Origin: the human T2T-CHM13v2.0 reference genome, Homo sapiens
Strand: one strand, 5' to 3'
Assembly: GCF_009914755.1 (NCBI RefSeq)
Contig: NC_060938.1
Length of the DNA: 64,000 nucleotides
Numbering within the stretch: the stretch's first letter is position 1; each line of letters begins with the position of its first letter. Of this stretch, positions 27,221 through 49,060 are shown piece by piece. Position numbers and translations under genes: made by a program. A model generated the notes under the pieces. It was given only the letters and a program-made list of their open reading frames with translations, had not been told where the DNA came from and searched no databases.

Positions 27221-27831
27221 AAGGTGGCAGCATGTACATGTTTTGAGCCTTTAACTCACAGTAATGATAGATAAATCATCACTGAGCTCAAAACAAGGTA
27301 AATATCAATTTGTACCAGAAACTGAACAGAAATGCAAATTTATGAGTAGGGTTGATGCCACAAGCCTCTGGACTCCAGGCTGAAAGCAGACAACGCATTT
27401 CAGGTTTGAGTAGTGCTCTTTGTAAGACAGGAACTAGAGCCACATTTACTGCTTGAAGTCTCCTGCTAGCCCCAGCCCCACTCCACCTCAAGAAAAGAGT
27501 CTGAAGAAAATTGTTGTTGGCTCCTTCTTGGGATACCTACAGCTTAGAACATGCTGTCAGCCTAGAGATTCAGATAGCTATAGGTACAGCCTTGAGACTC
27601 AGACTGAATCAAATTGCCCAATGTCTTGTGACTGGATTAGTGATATCTCTATTTGACATCCTTATCTGCTAGTATATAAGGTCTAGTTCTGGACTGGTTG
27701 TCCAGAGAGTTAGGTAGAAACAAACAGACAAACCACAAACTGTTAGAAAGGGAAGAGTGAGCATAAGGGAATAGAAGAGAGAGAAAATGAAATAAGAACA
27801 AAAGCCTCTCACACAGGACGTATCCAATTCA

Positions 27832-28233
<402 letters not shown>

Positions 28234-28639
28234 TTATTTTTATGAAACAAACTGTCAAAAACCCTAAAACTAAAGTATATTTGGTATTGAATGAAGGAAT
28301 AAAATGCATAAGGAGGAAAAAATTATAAACAAAAAAGCAGATATGAACTGAGAAGAGGTAGATATGAAAAAATATAATTAAATATATGAAAATGAAATAT
28401 ATACACCATTGAAATGAAACATTAATTGGGATACACACGGGATTGGACACAAAGACAATCAGTGAATTGAGAGCTAGTTCTGAGGAATTCACTCAGAATG
28501 TGTCATGAGAGGTGAGGAGATAAGAAATATGAACAAGCAAGTAAGAGATATAGATAGAATTAGAGGTTCTGAAATATTAATATCAAATAGAAGTTCCAGA
28601 AGAAAAGGGAGGAGACAGTAGAGAAGAAATATGTGAGAG

Positions 28640-29407
28640 TGTGAACCAAAAGTAGACTCGTATACTTGTGGTTCCCACTGGCAGATATTTCTTCTCTGCT
28701 GTCTCTGCTGAGCAATTTACAAAGTTTGTTTTGCCAAGGTTAAGGACATACCCATGACACAGCCTCAAGAGGTCCTGATGACGTGTGTCCAAGGTGGTTG
28801 AGGCACAGCTTGGTTTTATATATGTTAGGTAGACATGAGACATCAATTAATATGTGTAAGATGTACATTGGTTCTGTCTAGAAAGTCACGACAACTCAAA
28901 ATGGCAGGTGGGAGTGGGGCTTCCAGGTCATAAATAGGTAGGAGACAAATGGTTGCATTCTCTTGAGTCTTTGGTCAGCCTTTCACTGAGTAGTCAATTT
29001 ACATGTGAGAGGGGGGTAGAGGAATAGTCACTTATGCCTTAGTCTGGCTCAGCGAATCTGCATTTTTACATAAACAATAGGACAGAGGAAGCAATCAGAT
29101 ATGCATTTTTCTCGTGTAAGCAGAGGGATGACTTTGAGTTCTGTCCTTTGTCCTGCAGCTGTGAAGATAAGCTATGAATTTACATTGCCAAGGTGAAATT
29201 CAGCAGGACTGTTTTAGGGTAAAGATCTTTAGGTCCACAAGGAATTTCTCTGTGGGAAAATTGCGAGGGAAGTAGACAGCTTTTTTATCTTTGCAGCCAT
29301 CTCATTTAGGAATAAAATGGGAGGCAGGTTTGCCTGATGCAGTTCCCTGCTTAACTTTCCCTTTAGCTTAGTGATTTTGGGGTCCTGAGATTCATTTTCT
29401 TTTCACA
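28640..29407 (-). mobile_element. MER4A-like ERV1 solo LTR
   Basis: tgtgaaccaaaagta...gccaaggttaaggac...cacagcctcaagaggtcctgatgac...ttttcttttcaca; 4-bp TSD agag (28636-28639 / 29408-29411). Confidence 0.88.
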
Positions 29408-29747
29408 AGAGATATTGACAGTTTTTCAGCATTACAAAAGCCATGAGTCCTCAGATAGAAAGTGCGTTTCCAACAGCAAACAGCATAAAATAAATCTACA
29501 TGAGGACACATCATAGTGGATTTGCAGAACACTGATGATCAATACAGTGTTCTAATGCTACAGAGAGGGAAAAAGCGGATTAAAAAAATTTTTTTTTATC
29601 AACCACAAGAAGAAGCACCAAAAAATTAGATTATTTTATAAAAAGGCAATTGGAGTGACAGGTAACTTTTCACCAATAAAGGATCCCAGAAAACAATGAT
29701 ATCATCTTGAAAGTGTTGAAGTGAAAAAGACTTTGAGCTAGACTCTT

Positions 29748-29770
29748 TTTTTTTTTTTTTGAGATGGAGT
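29748..29770 (-). mobile_element. Extremely 5'-truncated Alu (10 nt + poly(A))
   Basis: T run + gagatggagt between two copies of (t)gagctagactctt. Confidence 0.85.
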
Positions 29771-30152
29771 GAGCTAGACTCTTATATCCACTTAAATATC
29801 ACCTAACGGTGTGGGCAAAAAACATTTGCAGATACATAAAGAAAGAGTAGGACTGTTTTCTAGCTGTATAACTTTTTGGAAACAAATAATCAAGGATATA
29901 CTTCAGTAAGAAAGAAAAGTAAACCCAGGAGAAGGGATGGTGTGCAAGAAATAATTGTGAGCACAGAAATTGATAAAATGCATTGGTAAATTTAATTAGC
30001 TGTTGACCAAGAGAATGGTGAGTTTTATTTTTAAAGGCAAACTGAAACTCTAAGTAACAGTAACAAAATGGGGAGTCGTATTCAGTTGGGAAGAGGATTG
30101 AAATATTGAATGGTTTTAGAATTTGTTAAAAAATTCACAAACATTTCATTTA

Positions 30153-30455
<303 letters not shown>

Positions 30456-30833
30456 TCAGTAAAACATAGAAACACAATCCATATTTTTCAAATGAGCAGG
30501 GGGAAAAGGAGAGATTACAGAAAAATTTATATTAAAAGTAAGATGGGAGAAAAGGAGAAAAAAGGGCAGTAAAAACTATATAAAATAAGATATGAAATAT
30601 AAGCTTAAGTATATCAGAATAAACATAAAAAGATTCAACTCCTCTCTTAATGAAAGAGAGCAGATTGAGTAAAAAATAAAATTTGGCTATTTGCGTCTTA
30701 AAGGAGACAAGCTTAAAACCACATAGGCTAGATAAACATAAAGGGATGGAAAATTATTATATACGAAGCCAACTCTAATGAAAACACTAATTTTAAGAAG
30801 CTTATATAGATATGTATTGGAAATTAGAATTTA

Positions 30834-31224
<391 letters not shown>

Positions 31225-31819
31225 CTAAATAACATAACCTTTAAATATTATATATGATATTGTGAATGTTATATCAATAACTAAAAACTGACAGAATTAC
31301 AAGGAGAAATGAATAAAAACCACAAAGTGAGAGAAACTAAGTCAAGCATATAAAAAATTAACAAAATATAAAAAATTTCTATCCAAAGTTAACAAAAGTA
31401 ACCCTCTTTTCCAACAAACAAAGAATATAAATGCTTCAAGTAATCTGAGAACATTACAAACATTGATCACCTTTCCATGTTATAAAAGAAGTCTCAAAAT
31501 TCAAAGAACTAATGTTATTAAGGTCATATTTGCTGGCTACAGTTTAGAAATCCACAAGAAAAAGATGGTAAGAAAATTCTGTATGTTTGATTTAAAGAGG
31601 AATTCACAATGCCAATTACAAAAATATTCAGAATCAAATGACAATAAATGTAATTTGAAATGCATACAGCTAAGGTGACACTGGAAAGTAAATGCACTTG
31701 TTAAGAACATTTAAAAATAGTTAAATGTTTAACTCAAGAAACTAGAAATAGAAGAGCAGGAGAGTAATCTCTCCACTACTTTCCCCAATATCAGAAGATA
31801 CCAGCGGAGTTTCATCTAC

Positions 31820-31927
31820 TAAGGTGACCAACTGTCCTGGTTGGTCCAGGACTTGTGATTCCTGGGACATTGATCTTTAATGCTGAGCTGGGACAGTCCT
31901 GGGTAGACAGGATGGCTGATCACCATT
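31820..31927. mobile_element. MER81/MER94-like hAT-Blackjack MITE
   Basis: Termini taaggtgaccaactgtcctgg ... caggatggctgatcaccat. Confidence 0.7.
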
Positions 31928-32197
31928 CACCTAAACTACCAAGGAATAGTTAATCCCTATTTTATATAAACTGAGATTAGACAAAGAAGGAGATCCATTC
32001 AGTTCATTTACAGGCTACTATAGCTTTGATACTATAATTGGATGAGAAAATTGTTAAACAATGTCACTTTCCATCATAGGTGCAAAAATTCTAGAAAAAA
32101 AATTAACACAGCAAATTCAGCAGTGTTAAGAAAAAATAGTATATTAGGATCAAGTTTATTTCTGGGATGTGAGGATTCTTTAGAAAATCTATTAATG

Positions 32198-32506
32198 AGC
32201 TGGGCATGGTGGCTCACGCCTGTTATTCCAGCACTTTGGGGGTCTTAGGCAGGAGGATCTCTGGAGTCCAGAGGTTTGAGACCAGCCTAGGCAACATAGT
32301 GAGACCCCATATCTTTAAAAAAAAGAAAAAGAAAATTAGTCAGGCATGGTAACATGTGCCTGTAGTCCCAGCTACTTGGGAGGGTGAGGTGCGAGGATCA
32401 CTTGAGCCCAGAAGCTTGAGGCCACAGTGAACTATAATCATGCCTTGGCACTCCAGCCTGGCCAACAAGGTGAGATCCTGTCTCTAAAAAGAAAACAAGG
32501 AAACAA
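32198..32506 (+). mobile_element. AluJ-like SINE
   Basis: Dimer; TSD agaaaatctattaat / agaaaatctaataat. Confidence 0.92.
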
Positions 32507-32720
32507 GAAAATCTAATAATATAATACATCTTACTAACAGACAGAAAACCTTATGATCATCCTAAAAGATGATTTATTAAAACTCAGTACAAACTTTTGG
32601 GTTCTGCTCTAACACACAAAGAGCTTGGAAGTTATCACTCATCTCATAATAAGGGAGAAACTGAAACTCTGCAACTTTTCTTAGATCTATTAGATAATAG
32701 GGATCAGAAGGTGAACTGCA

Positions 32721-33164
32721 TATATTAGTTTCCTAGGCGGCTATAACAAAGTACTATAAACTAGGTGGCTTAAAACAACAAAAATTTATTCTGTTCTAGT
32801 TCTGGAGGCTAGAAGTCTAAAGAAAATCAAGGCGTCAGCAGATGGAAGCCCTAGATAGTCTAGGGAGGAATTCTTCATTTTTTCCTTGCTTCTGGTGGCT
32901 CCCAGCAATCTTGGTATTCCTTGGTTTGTAGCTGCATCACTCCAATTTTTGCCTTCATCTTTCCATGAACTTATTTCCTGTGTGTGTCTCTGCATCTCCT
33001 CTCTTTTTATGGGGTGCCAGTTATTAGATTTAAGGCCCACTCTAACCCAGTATGAGCTCATCTTAACTTGATTACATCTGCAAAGACCTTATCTCCAAAT
33101 AAGGTCACCTTCTGAGGTTCTTGGTAGACATACATTTTGGGGGGATACTATTCAACTCATTACA
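32721..33164 (-). mobile_element. MLT1B/C LTR
   Basis: tattagtttcctagg...ggtggcttaaaacaac...ttcaactcattaca; flanks ctgca / ccaca fit a CpG-decayed ccgca TSD. Confidence 0.85.
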
Positions 33165-34308
33165 CCACAACCCCCCAAACTAGAGAGATAGGCAAATACA
33201 GAGAATCACAGGTTACAGGGAGCAGAAGCCTCTAAATGCAATACCTGATAGAAACACTTAAACAATAATTGACACATTGCTGGAGGCTGAGTGTGGACTA
33301 ACTTGAGACATAAAAACTCTTGAGGGCCTAGACTTGTGGGGAGGACACCCACTTTCATAAGTTTTATCTCTAGGAGCCCCACCAGGTTCTCATGATAAAG
33401 TGCTGAGAAAAATCTCATGCCTCTGGCAGGGGAGAGGAAAATACATCTGTTCTCTCTAACAAAGGTCTGTCCTTAAAGGAAACTACCAGGCCTTATCTGT
33501 GTTAGGAGAAGGGCAATCAGATCATTGGAGTGCACTCTAGTTTTTCCGTCTCACAGAAATGCAGGGGAAAAAAAGGTAAGAAACTATTTGGAAGGTCTCA
33601 GTCCAGAAAATTTGGCCCATTAAAAAAACTGGAGATTTAATTATAAGATTATAGAATGCTTCTCCTCCCCAGTACCTTACTACCACATCAACAGGGCTCT
33701 AGCATAATAACATAAGATCACAAGGAAGAGAGATGAAAGACGCAGACGATTTAAGAAGGCATTTTTAGGGAAACTCAAATTGAACAAGGGAGACAAAACA
33801 AGAGCACTAGAGGAAATTGAAGGCTCTGACACCTACAGTTATAGCCAACATTAAGCACAGACTAACTCTCAGCCAAATAAACACAAAACTGCACAATAAA
33901 GGCCTGTATACCTACAGTTACTATTACTCAATGCATTATGTCCGGTCTTCAACAAAAAATTACAAGGCATAATTAATGGCAAGAAAAAACACAGTCTGAA
34001 AAGACAAAGCAAGCATCAGTACCAGACTCGAATAGGGTAGAAACTTTGGAATGATGAGACTGGACATTTAAAATAACTATGATTAATATGCTAAGGGCTC
34101 TAATAGAGAAAGTGGACAGCAAAGAAGAACACACGAGTAATATAAGTAGAGAGATGGAAGCTCTAAAAGAATCTAAAGGAAATGCTAGAAGTAGAAAACA
34201 CTAAGAAAGATGAAGAATACCTTTGACTGGCTTATCTCTAAAATTGTACTGATGAAAGAGTGAAGCCTAAAGTAAACTATGGACTTTAGTTAATAATACC
34301 ATAATAAG

Positions 34309-34600
34309 AACAGGTGCAGTGGCTCATGCCTGTGATTCCAGTACTTTGGGAGGCCACGGTGGGAAGCTCACCTGAGCACAGGAGTTCAAGACTAACCTAG
34401 GCAACATAAAAAGACCCTGTCTCTACAAAAAATAAAAAACCAGCTGGGCATGGTGGTGCACGCCTGTGGTCCCAGCTATTCAGGAGGCTGAGGCGGGAAG
34501 ATTGCTTGAGCCCAGAAGGCCAAGGCCACACTGAGCTATGTTTGCACCGCTGCATTCTAGCCTAGGCAACAGAGTGAGATCTTGTCTTAAAAAAAACCCA
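34309..34600 (+). mobile_element. AluJ-like SINE
   Basis: caggtgcagtggctcatgcctgtg...gagtgagatcttgtcttaaaa. Confidence 0.9.
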
Positions 34601-35289
34601 CAAAGTGTAAAAATAAAAATACCATATCAATACTGGTTCATCAATTATAACAAATGTACCACATTAAAGCAAGATGTTAGTAATGGGAAAAACTTGGTGT
34701 ATGTGATGTGGGAGGGGAAGACAGGGTATATGGGAACTCTGTACTATCTGCCTAATAAAACCTTTATTTTAAAATGCAATAAAACTTTATCACTAAAAAC
34801 TCTTAGCTAAATATGATAGAAGGAAACTTCCTCAACCACATCTATAAAAATGTCCTACAATAAGCATAACAAATTTAGTGATCAATTTTAAACACTTTGT
34901 CAATAAAATTAGGAATAAAGAAAGGATTCACTATACTGCTTTTATTCAGCATTGTTCTGGAGATCTTATCCAATGTAGTAAGATTGAATAATAATTATAA
35001 TAATTGTAAGTGCAAGTCAAAACTCTCATTATTTGTAGATGCTAAGTTTGTTTATGTAGAACATTTTGGAGAATCTACAAAGTATTAGAACTGATAAGAG
35101 AGATTAGCAAGGTTGTTAGATATAAGATCAACCTAAAATCAATATTCTTTCTGTATCTCAATAATAATTAATTTGAAATATAATATGAAATAATATTCCA
35201 TTCAAAATAGCAATAAAATTATAAGGTACTTATAAATAAATTTGACAAAAGGTGTTCAAGACTCTTATGAAGAAAACTACAGCATATTA

Positions 35290-35602
<313 letters not shown>

Positions 35603-35786
35603 GGAAACATATATAAAAAATAAAATATCTAGATACATGGAAAGAGACATCATTCCTATGAATAAAAACAGTCAAGATATAAATTATCTCAAAATTACTT
35701 CATACATTCAATGCAATTCCAGTCAAAATTTCAAAAGGTTTTAAAATATAATTTGATAAATTGATTCTAAAATTTACATGAGTAGA

Positions 35787-38700
35787 AGGGGTGGAGTAAG
35801 ATGGCTGAATAGAGGCTTCACCAATCAGTCCCCCAATAAAGACACCAATTTAACAACTATTTATCCACAAAAAGCACCTGCATAGGAACCAAAAATTAGG
35901 TGATCACTCACAATATATGGTTTTAACTTCATATCACTGAAAGGGGCATTGAAGAGGCTAGAAAAGAGTTTTGAATCACTGACACCACCCTTCCTCCCTC
36001 ACCTAGCAGTGGCTATGTGGCAGGGAGAGAGAATCTGGACACTTGGGAGTGGGTGAGTGCAGCAACTGTGAAACATTACATGAAACTTAGTTCTGCCCTG
36101 TCATAGCAAAAAGCAATACCAGGCTGAACTCAGCTGACGTCTGCCCACAGAGGGAGTATTTAAACCAGCCCTAGCCAGAGGGGAATCACCTATCCCAGCG
36201 GTCTGAACTTTAGTTCTGGCAAGTCTTGCCACCTAGGGATGGAGTGCTCTGGGACCCTCATTAAACTTGAAAGGCACCCTAGGCTACAAGGAACTCCTGG
36301 GTGAGTCCTAGTGCTGAACTGGTATCAGAGCCAGTGGACTTGGGGGACATGCCACTTACTGAGACACCAGCTGGGGCAGCTAGGGGAGTGCTTGTGCCAC
36401 CCCTCCCACAACCCCAGCCTGCACAGCTCATGGCTTCAAAAGAGGTCCCTTCCTTCCACGTGAGGAGAGAGGAGAGAGAAGAGTAAAGAGGACTTTGTCT
36501 TGCATATTGGATACCAGCTCAGCCACAGTAGAATAGGACAATGGTCAAAGTAATGAGGCCCCCTTTCTAGGCTCCTGGATTATATTTCTAGCACACCTTG
36601 GGCCAGAAGGGAACCTGCTGCCTTGAAGGGAAAGACCCAGTCCTGGCAGTACCCATTGTCTGCTAACTAAAGAGCCTTTGATCCTTGAATAACCAACAGT
36701 GATGCCCAGGAAATACACTGTGGGCCGTAGGTGAAACTGAGATTTTCTGACTTCAGGTGAGACTCAGCACATTCTTAGCTGTGGTGGCTATGGGGAGAGA
36801 CTCCTTCTGCTTGAGGAAAGTGGAGGAAAAAGAAAAGCAGACTTTGGCTTGCTCCATATGTACCAGCTCAGCCACAGGGGAATAGAGCACCAAGCAGGCT
36901 CTTGGGGTCCCCAGTTCAAGGTCTTGACTCCTGGATGGCATTTTTGGGTCTACCCTGAGTCAGAGGGGAGCGCATTGCCCCGAAGGGTGAGTCCCAGGCT
37001 AGGCAGCATTCACCACAAGCTGACTAAAGAGCTCTTGGGCCTTAAGGGAGTATTGGTGGTAGCTTCGCAGTACTCCCCATCCTGGCCACAGGATGAGGCC
37101 CCTCTGCCTCTAGAAAGGTGAGAGAAGAGTGGAAAGGACTGTGTCTTCTGATTTGAGTGCCATCTTAGCTGCAGTACAATAGAACACCAGCTAGATTTCT
37201 AAGGTTTTTGACCGTAGTCTCTGGCTCCTGGATGTCACCTCTGGACCCACCCAGGACCTGGGGGAACTTGCTGCCCTGAAGGGAAGGACAGAAGCCTAGC
37301 TGGCTTCCCTGCCTGCTGATTGTAGAGCCCCAGGGCCTTGAGGGAACAAAGGTGATAGCCAGGTAGTGGTTATAGTTAGCCTTGGGTTGAGGCCCAGTGC
37401 TGTGCTGACCCAGTGCAGTCCTGGTAGTGGTGACCACAGTGGGGGCTTGTGTCACTCCACCTCCAGCCCCAGGCAGCTGAGAACAGAGAAAGAGAGACTC
37501 CATTTTTTTGACAGAGAGTAAGGGAAGAAAACAAGAGTCTCAGCTTTGTGATCCACAGAATTCTTCCAGATCTCTTCCAAGACAATCAAGGTGGTACCTG
37601 TATGAGTCTGTGAGAACCACAGCATTACTGGGCCTGGGGTGCCCTTTAATGCAGATACAGCTTAGATCACAACACTCAAGTCCTCTTGAATATCTGGAAA
37701 GCCTTCCCAAGAAGGATGGATACAAACAAGACCAGACCAGGAAACTGATAAATATCTAACTCTTCAATGCCCAGACGCAGACAAACATCTGTAAGTACCA
37801 AGACCATCCAGAAAAACATGACCTTATCAAATGAGCTAAATAAGGCACCAGGGACCAGTCCTGGAGAAGCAAAGATATGTTGCCTTTCAGACAGATAATT
37901 CAAAATAGCTGTTTTGAGGAAACTCAAAGAAATTGAAGATAACACAGACAAGGAATTCAGAATTTTGTCAGATAAATTTAGCAAAAATATTGAAATAAAA
38001 AGAAGCAGAAATTCTGGAGTTGAAAAATGCAATTGACATACTGAAAAATGCATCAGAGTCTTTTAATAGCAGAATTGATCAAGGAGGAGAAAGAATTAGT
38101 GGGCTTGAAGGCAGCCTATGTGAAAATACATGGAGGAGATAAAAGAAAAAAATAGAAAACAGTGAAGCATGCCTACAGGATATAGAAAATAGCCTTAAAA
38201 GGTCAAATCTAACAGTTATTGGCCTTAAAGAGGAGGTGGAGAAAGAGATAGGGGTAGAAAGTTTATTGAAAGGGATAATAACGAGAACTTCCCAAACTAA
38301 GGGAGAGATATCTATATCCAAGTTCAAGAAGGCTATAGAACACCAAGCAGATTTAACCCAAAGAAGACTACCTCAAGGCATTTAATAATCAAACTACCAA
38401 AGGTCAAGGATAAAGAAAAGATCCTAAAAGCAGCAAGAGAAAATAAAGAAATAACATAAAATGGAGACCTCCAATACTGACTGTTGGGAGTTTGATTATA
38501 AAATGCCTTGAGGCAGTCTTCTTTGGGTTAAATCTTCTTGGTGTCTTACAACCTTCTTGTACTTGGATGTTGATATCTTTCTCTATGTTTGCAAAGTTCA
38601 ATGTTACCTTACAGGCCAGGAGAGAGTGGCATGACATATTTAAAGGGCTGAAGGAAAAATACATATATCCTAGAATAGTATATCCAGTGAAAATATCCTT

Positions 38701-38927
38701 CAAACATGAAGGAGAAATACCTTCCCAGACAAACAAAAGCTGAGGGATTTCATCAACACCAGACCTGTCCTACAAAAAGTGCTAAAGGGAGTACTTCAAT
38801 CAGAAAAAAATGGATGTTAATGAGCAAAAAGAAATCGTCTTAAGGTATAAAACTCACTGCTGATAGTTAAGTACACAAAAAAACACAGAGTATTATACCA
38901 GTGTAACTGTGGTGTGTAGACAACTCT
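35787..38927 (+). mobile_element. L1MA-like LINE-1, 5' UTR and decayed ORF1 (5' half of the element ending at ~46325)
   Basis: Starts ggggtggagtaagatggctgaataga; ORF1 text (FNVTLQARREWHDIFKGLKEK...PRIVYPVKISFKHEGEI); aaaatttacatg (35769-35780) recurs as aaaattcacatg (46322-46333), a likely TSD. Confidence 0.85.
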
Positions 38928-43700
<4,773 letters not shown>

Positions 43701-43933
43701 AGATAATAGATTATAAGTGTTTCTTATCAGACTTAAGGTCTGTGTTGATGTGAATGCTGGTTGGCCTTTCCTGAATTCCAAAAGGAAGGAGGGCATAATG
43801 AGGCATGTCTGACCCCTCCATTCCCATCACGTTCTGAACCAGTTTTTCAGGTTAACTTTGAAATGCCCTTGGCCAAAAGGAGGGGTTCATTCAGATGGTT
43901 GGGGGGGCCTTAGAATTGTATTTTTAGTTTACA
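43701..43933 (-). mobile_element. MER4D/E-like ERV1 LTR, 5' (U3) portion only
   Basis: Reverse complement begins tgtaaactaaaaatacaattctaaggcccccccaaccatctgaatgaacccctcc. Confidence 0.8.
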
Positions 43934-46325
<2,392 letters not shown>

Positions 46326-46338
46326 TTCACATGGCAGG

Positions 46339-46704
46339 TGTATTAGTCCATTTTCATGCTGCTATAAAGGACTGCCTGAGACTGGGTAATTTATAAAGGA
46401 AAGAGGTTTAATTGACTCACAGCTCCACATGGCTGGGGAGGCCTCAGGAAACTTAACAATCATGGTGGAAGGGGAAGCAAACACATCCTTCATCACATGG
46501 TGACAGGAAGGAGAAGTGCTGAGCAAAAGGGGGAAAAGCCCCTTATAAAACCATCAGATCTTGTGAGAACTCACTCACTATCACAAGAACAGCAGCATGG
46601 GAGTAACCGCCCCCATGACTGAATTACCTCCCACTGGATCCATACCATGACACATGGGGATTTTGGGAATTACAATTCAAGATTAGATTTGGGTGGGGAT
46701 GCAG
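46339..46704 (-). mobile_element. THE1C/D LTR lacking its last few bases
   Basis: tgtattagtccattttcatgctgct...gatttgggtggggatgcag. Confidence 0.85.
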
Positions 46705-47239
46705 TAGGCAAAATGGTCAAATATAGCCAAGATAAATTTGAAGAACAAGCACTGGTGGGAGGACTTGCCTTATAAAGACTTATTATAAAGCTATCATTAT
46801 TAAAACAGTATGGTTAAACAGGCAAGTACAAACATACCTGTGGTCCAGAATACAAATCTGGCAAATAGCCTCATATATACATAAAAAAGTTGATTTATGA
46901 TCAAGTTGGCATGGAATTAGAACCTTTTGGGGAAGAGTTTAATAAATGGGTAAGATGCTACTTATTCATAGGGGAAGAAGCAGACCCCACTTCACACATA
47001 AACATAAACATAAATTTAAGTTGAAACAAACACTTAAATGTGAAAAGTAAAACTTTAAAACTTTTAGAATGAAATATAAGAATCTGTTTACAACCTTGGG
47101 CATAGGAAAGCACAAACTATAGAGAAAAAGATTGGTAGGCTGGTTAAACTTGGCTACGTTTACATTTTAAAACTCTTCAGTAAAAGACTCCATAAACAAA
47201 GTGAAAAACAAGCTGTAGACTGGGAGAAAATCTGCATTT

Positions 47240-48600
47240 TCATCTGGTATCATTTTCCTTCAGCCTGAAGAACTTCCATTACTATTTCCTATAGTGCAAG
47301 TCTGCTGGTGGCAAATTCTCTCAGTTCTCTTCCATCTGAAAATATTTTTATTTTATTTTCATTATGAAGGACTTTTTTGTGTGTGCCAAATATGCCACTG
47401 CATTAACAGTTTTCTTTTTCTTTTTAGTATGGTAAAGATGTTAGTTTATTATCTTCTGATATCCATTGTTTCTGATTGGAAGTCAGTGTTAATTTGCATT
47501 GATGTTCCCTGTATGTAATGTGTGTCATTGTATATCATTCTCTGGTTGGTTCCAAGGTTTTCCCTTGTCTTTGTTTTTCAGCATTTTGAATCTGATGTGC
47601 TTAAGGCTTGACTTTCATGGTATTTTTCCTGCTTGGGGGTTTGTACTTCTTTTTATATCTGTAAATTTTTTTTGTCACCAAATTTTGGAAAATTTTCAGC
47701 CATTATTTCCTTAAATATTTGTTCTTAAATATTTTAAAATAATATATTAATATATTATTAGTATTTTTATCCTCTTCTTCTGTGAGTATAATTATATGTT
47801 ATAACTTTTGTTATTGTCTCACAGGCCCCAGGCTATGTTCCTTTTCCTCTAATTATTTTTTTCGATCTGTTTTTCAGATTGGATAATTTACAGTGATTTA
47901 TCTTTAAGCTTACTTCATATTTCATCTATTTTCTACACCCTGCCATTAATATCATCTAGTGAATTTTTTATTTCACATATTGTACTTTTGAGTTCTAAAA
48001 TTTCCAATGGTTTTTTAAAAATATAGTCTCAATTTCTCTACTGACATCTTTACAATCATTATAAGCATTTTTTTTCCACTGCACTGAGCAGACTTACATG
48101 ATTTAAAATCTTTGTTAATGATAACATCTGGATCATCTTGGGTTCATTTTCTATTGTCTTTTTTCTTCACCATTGGTCAAGTGGGTCACATTTCCTTGTT
48201 TCTTTGTGTGTCATGTAAATTTGGATTGTATCCTGGACATTGTGATTTCAGTGTTGTGGAGACTCTGTATTCTGTTATTTTCCTCTGAAGAGTGCTGACT
48301 TTTTTAGCAGGTAACTAACTTAATGGGATATAAACTATAAACTATCAGTTTATTGAATATCAGTTTAGTTCTTGAATCCCTAGTTGGGTTTTTGTTGTTT
48401 GCATGCAGGCTTTCACATGTGTGGTTCAGAGATCAGCTAGATATTTGGGCAGAGGTAAATAGGTGATATCTCCTTTACTGTGGCTCTCTCTTTCTCACAG
48501 TTCTCCCTTCACTTTCTAGCAGCTATAATTGCTTTTAACTAGGTATTTTGGCATTTTGGGTCAATCAAGCTGTGAGTATGCTATTGGAGTCTTTAATCAC
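47240..48600 (-). mobile_element. Old L1M ORF1-region remnant
   Basis: tcctatagtgcaagtctgctggtggcaaattctctcagtt, tttggaaaattttcagccattatttc. Confidence 0.65.
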
Positions 48601-48829
48601 TAATTGTATGGGGTGTTCCTCACACATAGTGTTTAATAAACATAATTAAACCAAAATGGAATGTTGAGCATAAAGTGTTAAGTTTTAAAAAGATATGTAT
48701 AGTGTGGTATTAATTATAGAAAATTAAAAAACATGTAAAATAATATATGTTGCTTATGGAAATAGACATATATGGTGTGTATGTAATTACCCTATCTAAA
48801 ATTTTATCTCATTCAAAATTTCAAACCCT

Positions 48830-49060
48830 TCAATACAAACTTTCTCCTTCCCTTTGTGTAATATTTTTCTTTTTAGTACTTGTCAGCACTGAATATATTA
48901 TGTTTTACTTACTTATTTTTTGTCTTTCCACTAGAATATTAGTTTTAAGAAGCAGATTTTTTTTTTGTCTTCTCTGTTTGCTACATTATAACAAGTTCCT
49001 AGAGCAGTGTTTGACATACATAGGCACTCAATAAGTAGTTGCTGAACAAATAAATAAATA
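48830..49060 (+). mobile_element. L2 3' end
   Basis: ccactagaatatt...cctagagcagtgtttgacatacataggcactcaataagtagttgctgaac. Confidence 0.7.

Larger units (their letters stand above)
28380..30000 (+). mobile_element. HAL1 / old L1M ORF1-like remnant, interrupted by an LTR
   Basis: atcagtgaattgagagctagttctgaggaattcactcagaatg, aatagaagttccagaag, atgagtcctcagatagaaagtgc. Confidence 0.55.
32600..34770 (+). mobile_element. L1MD-like element (5' region joined to 3' end), interrupted by MLT1 and Alu
   Basis: 5' L1M text, then L1MD 3' text gtaaactatggactttagttaataat...aaatgtaccacatt...atatgggaactctgtact. Confidence 0.65.
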
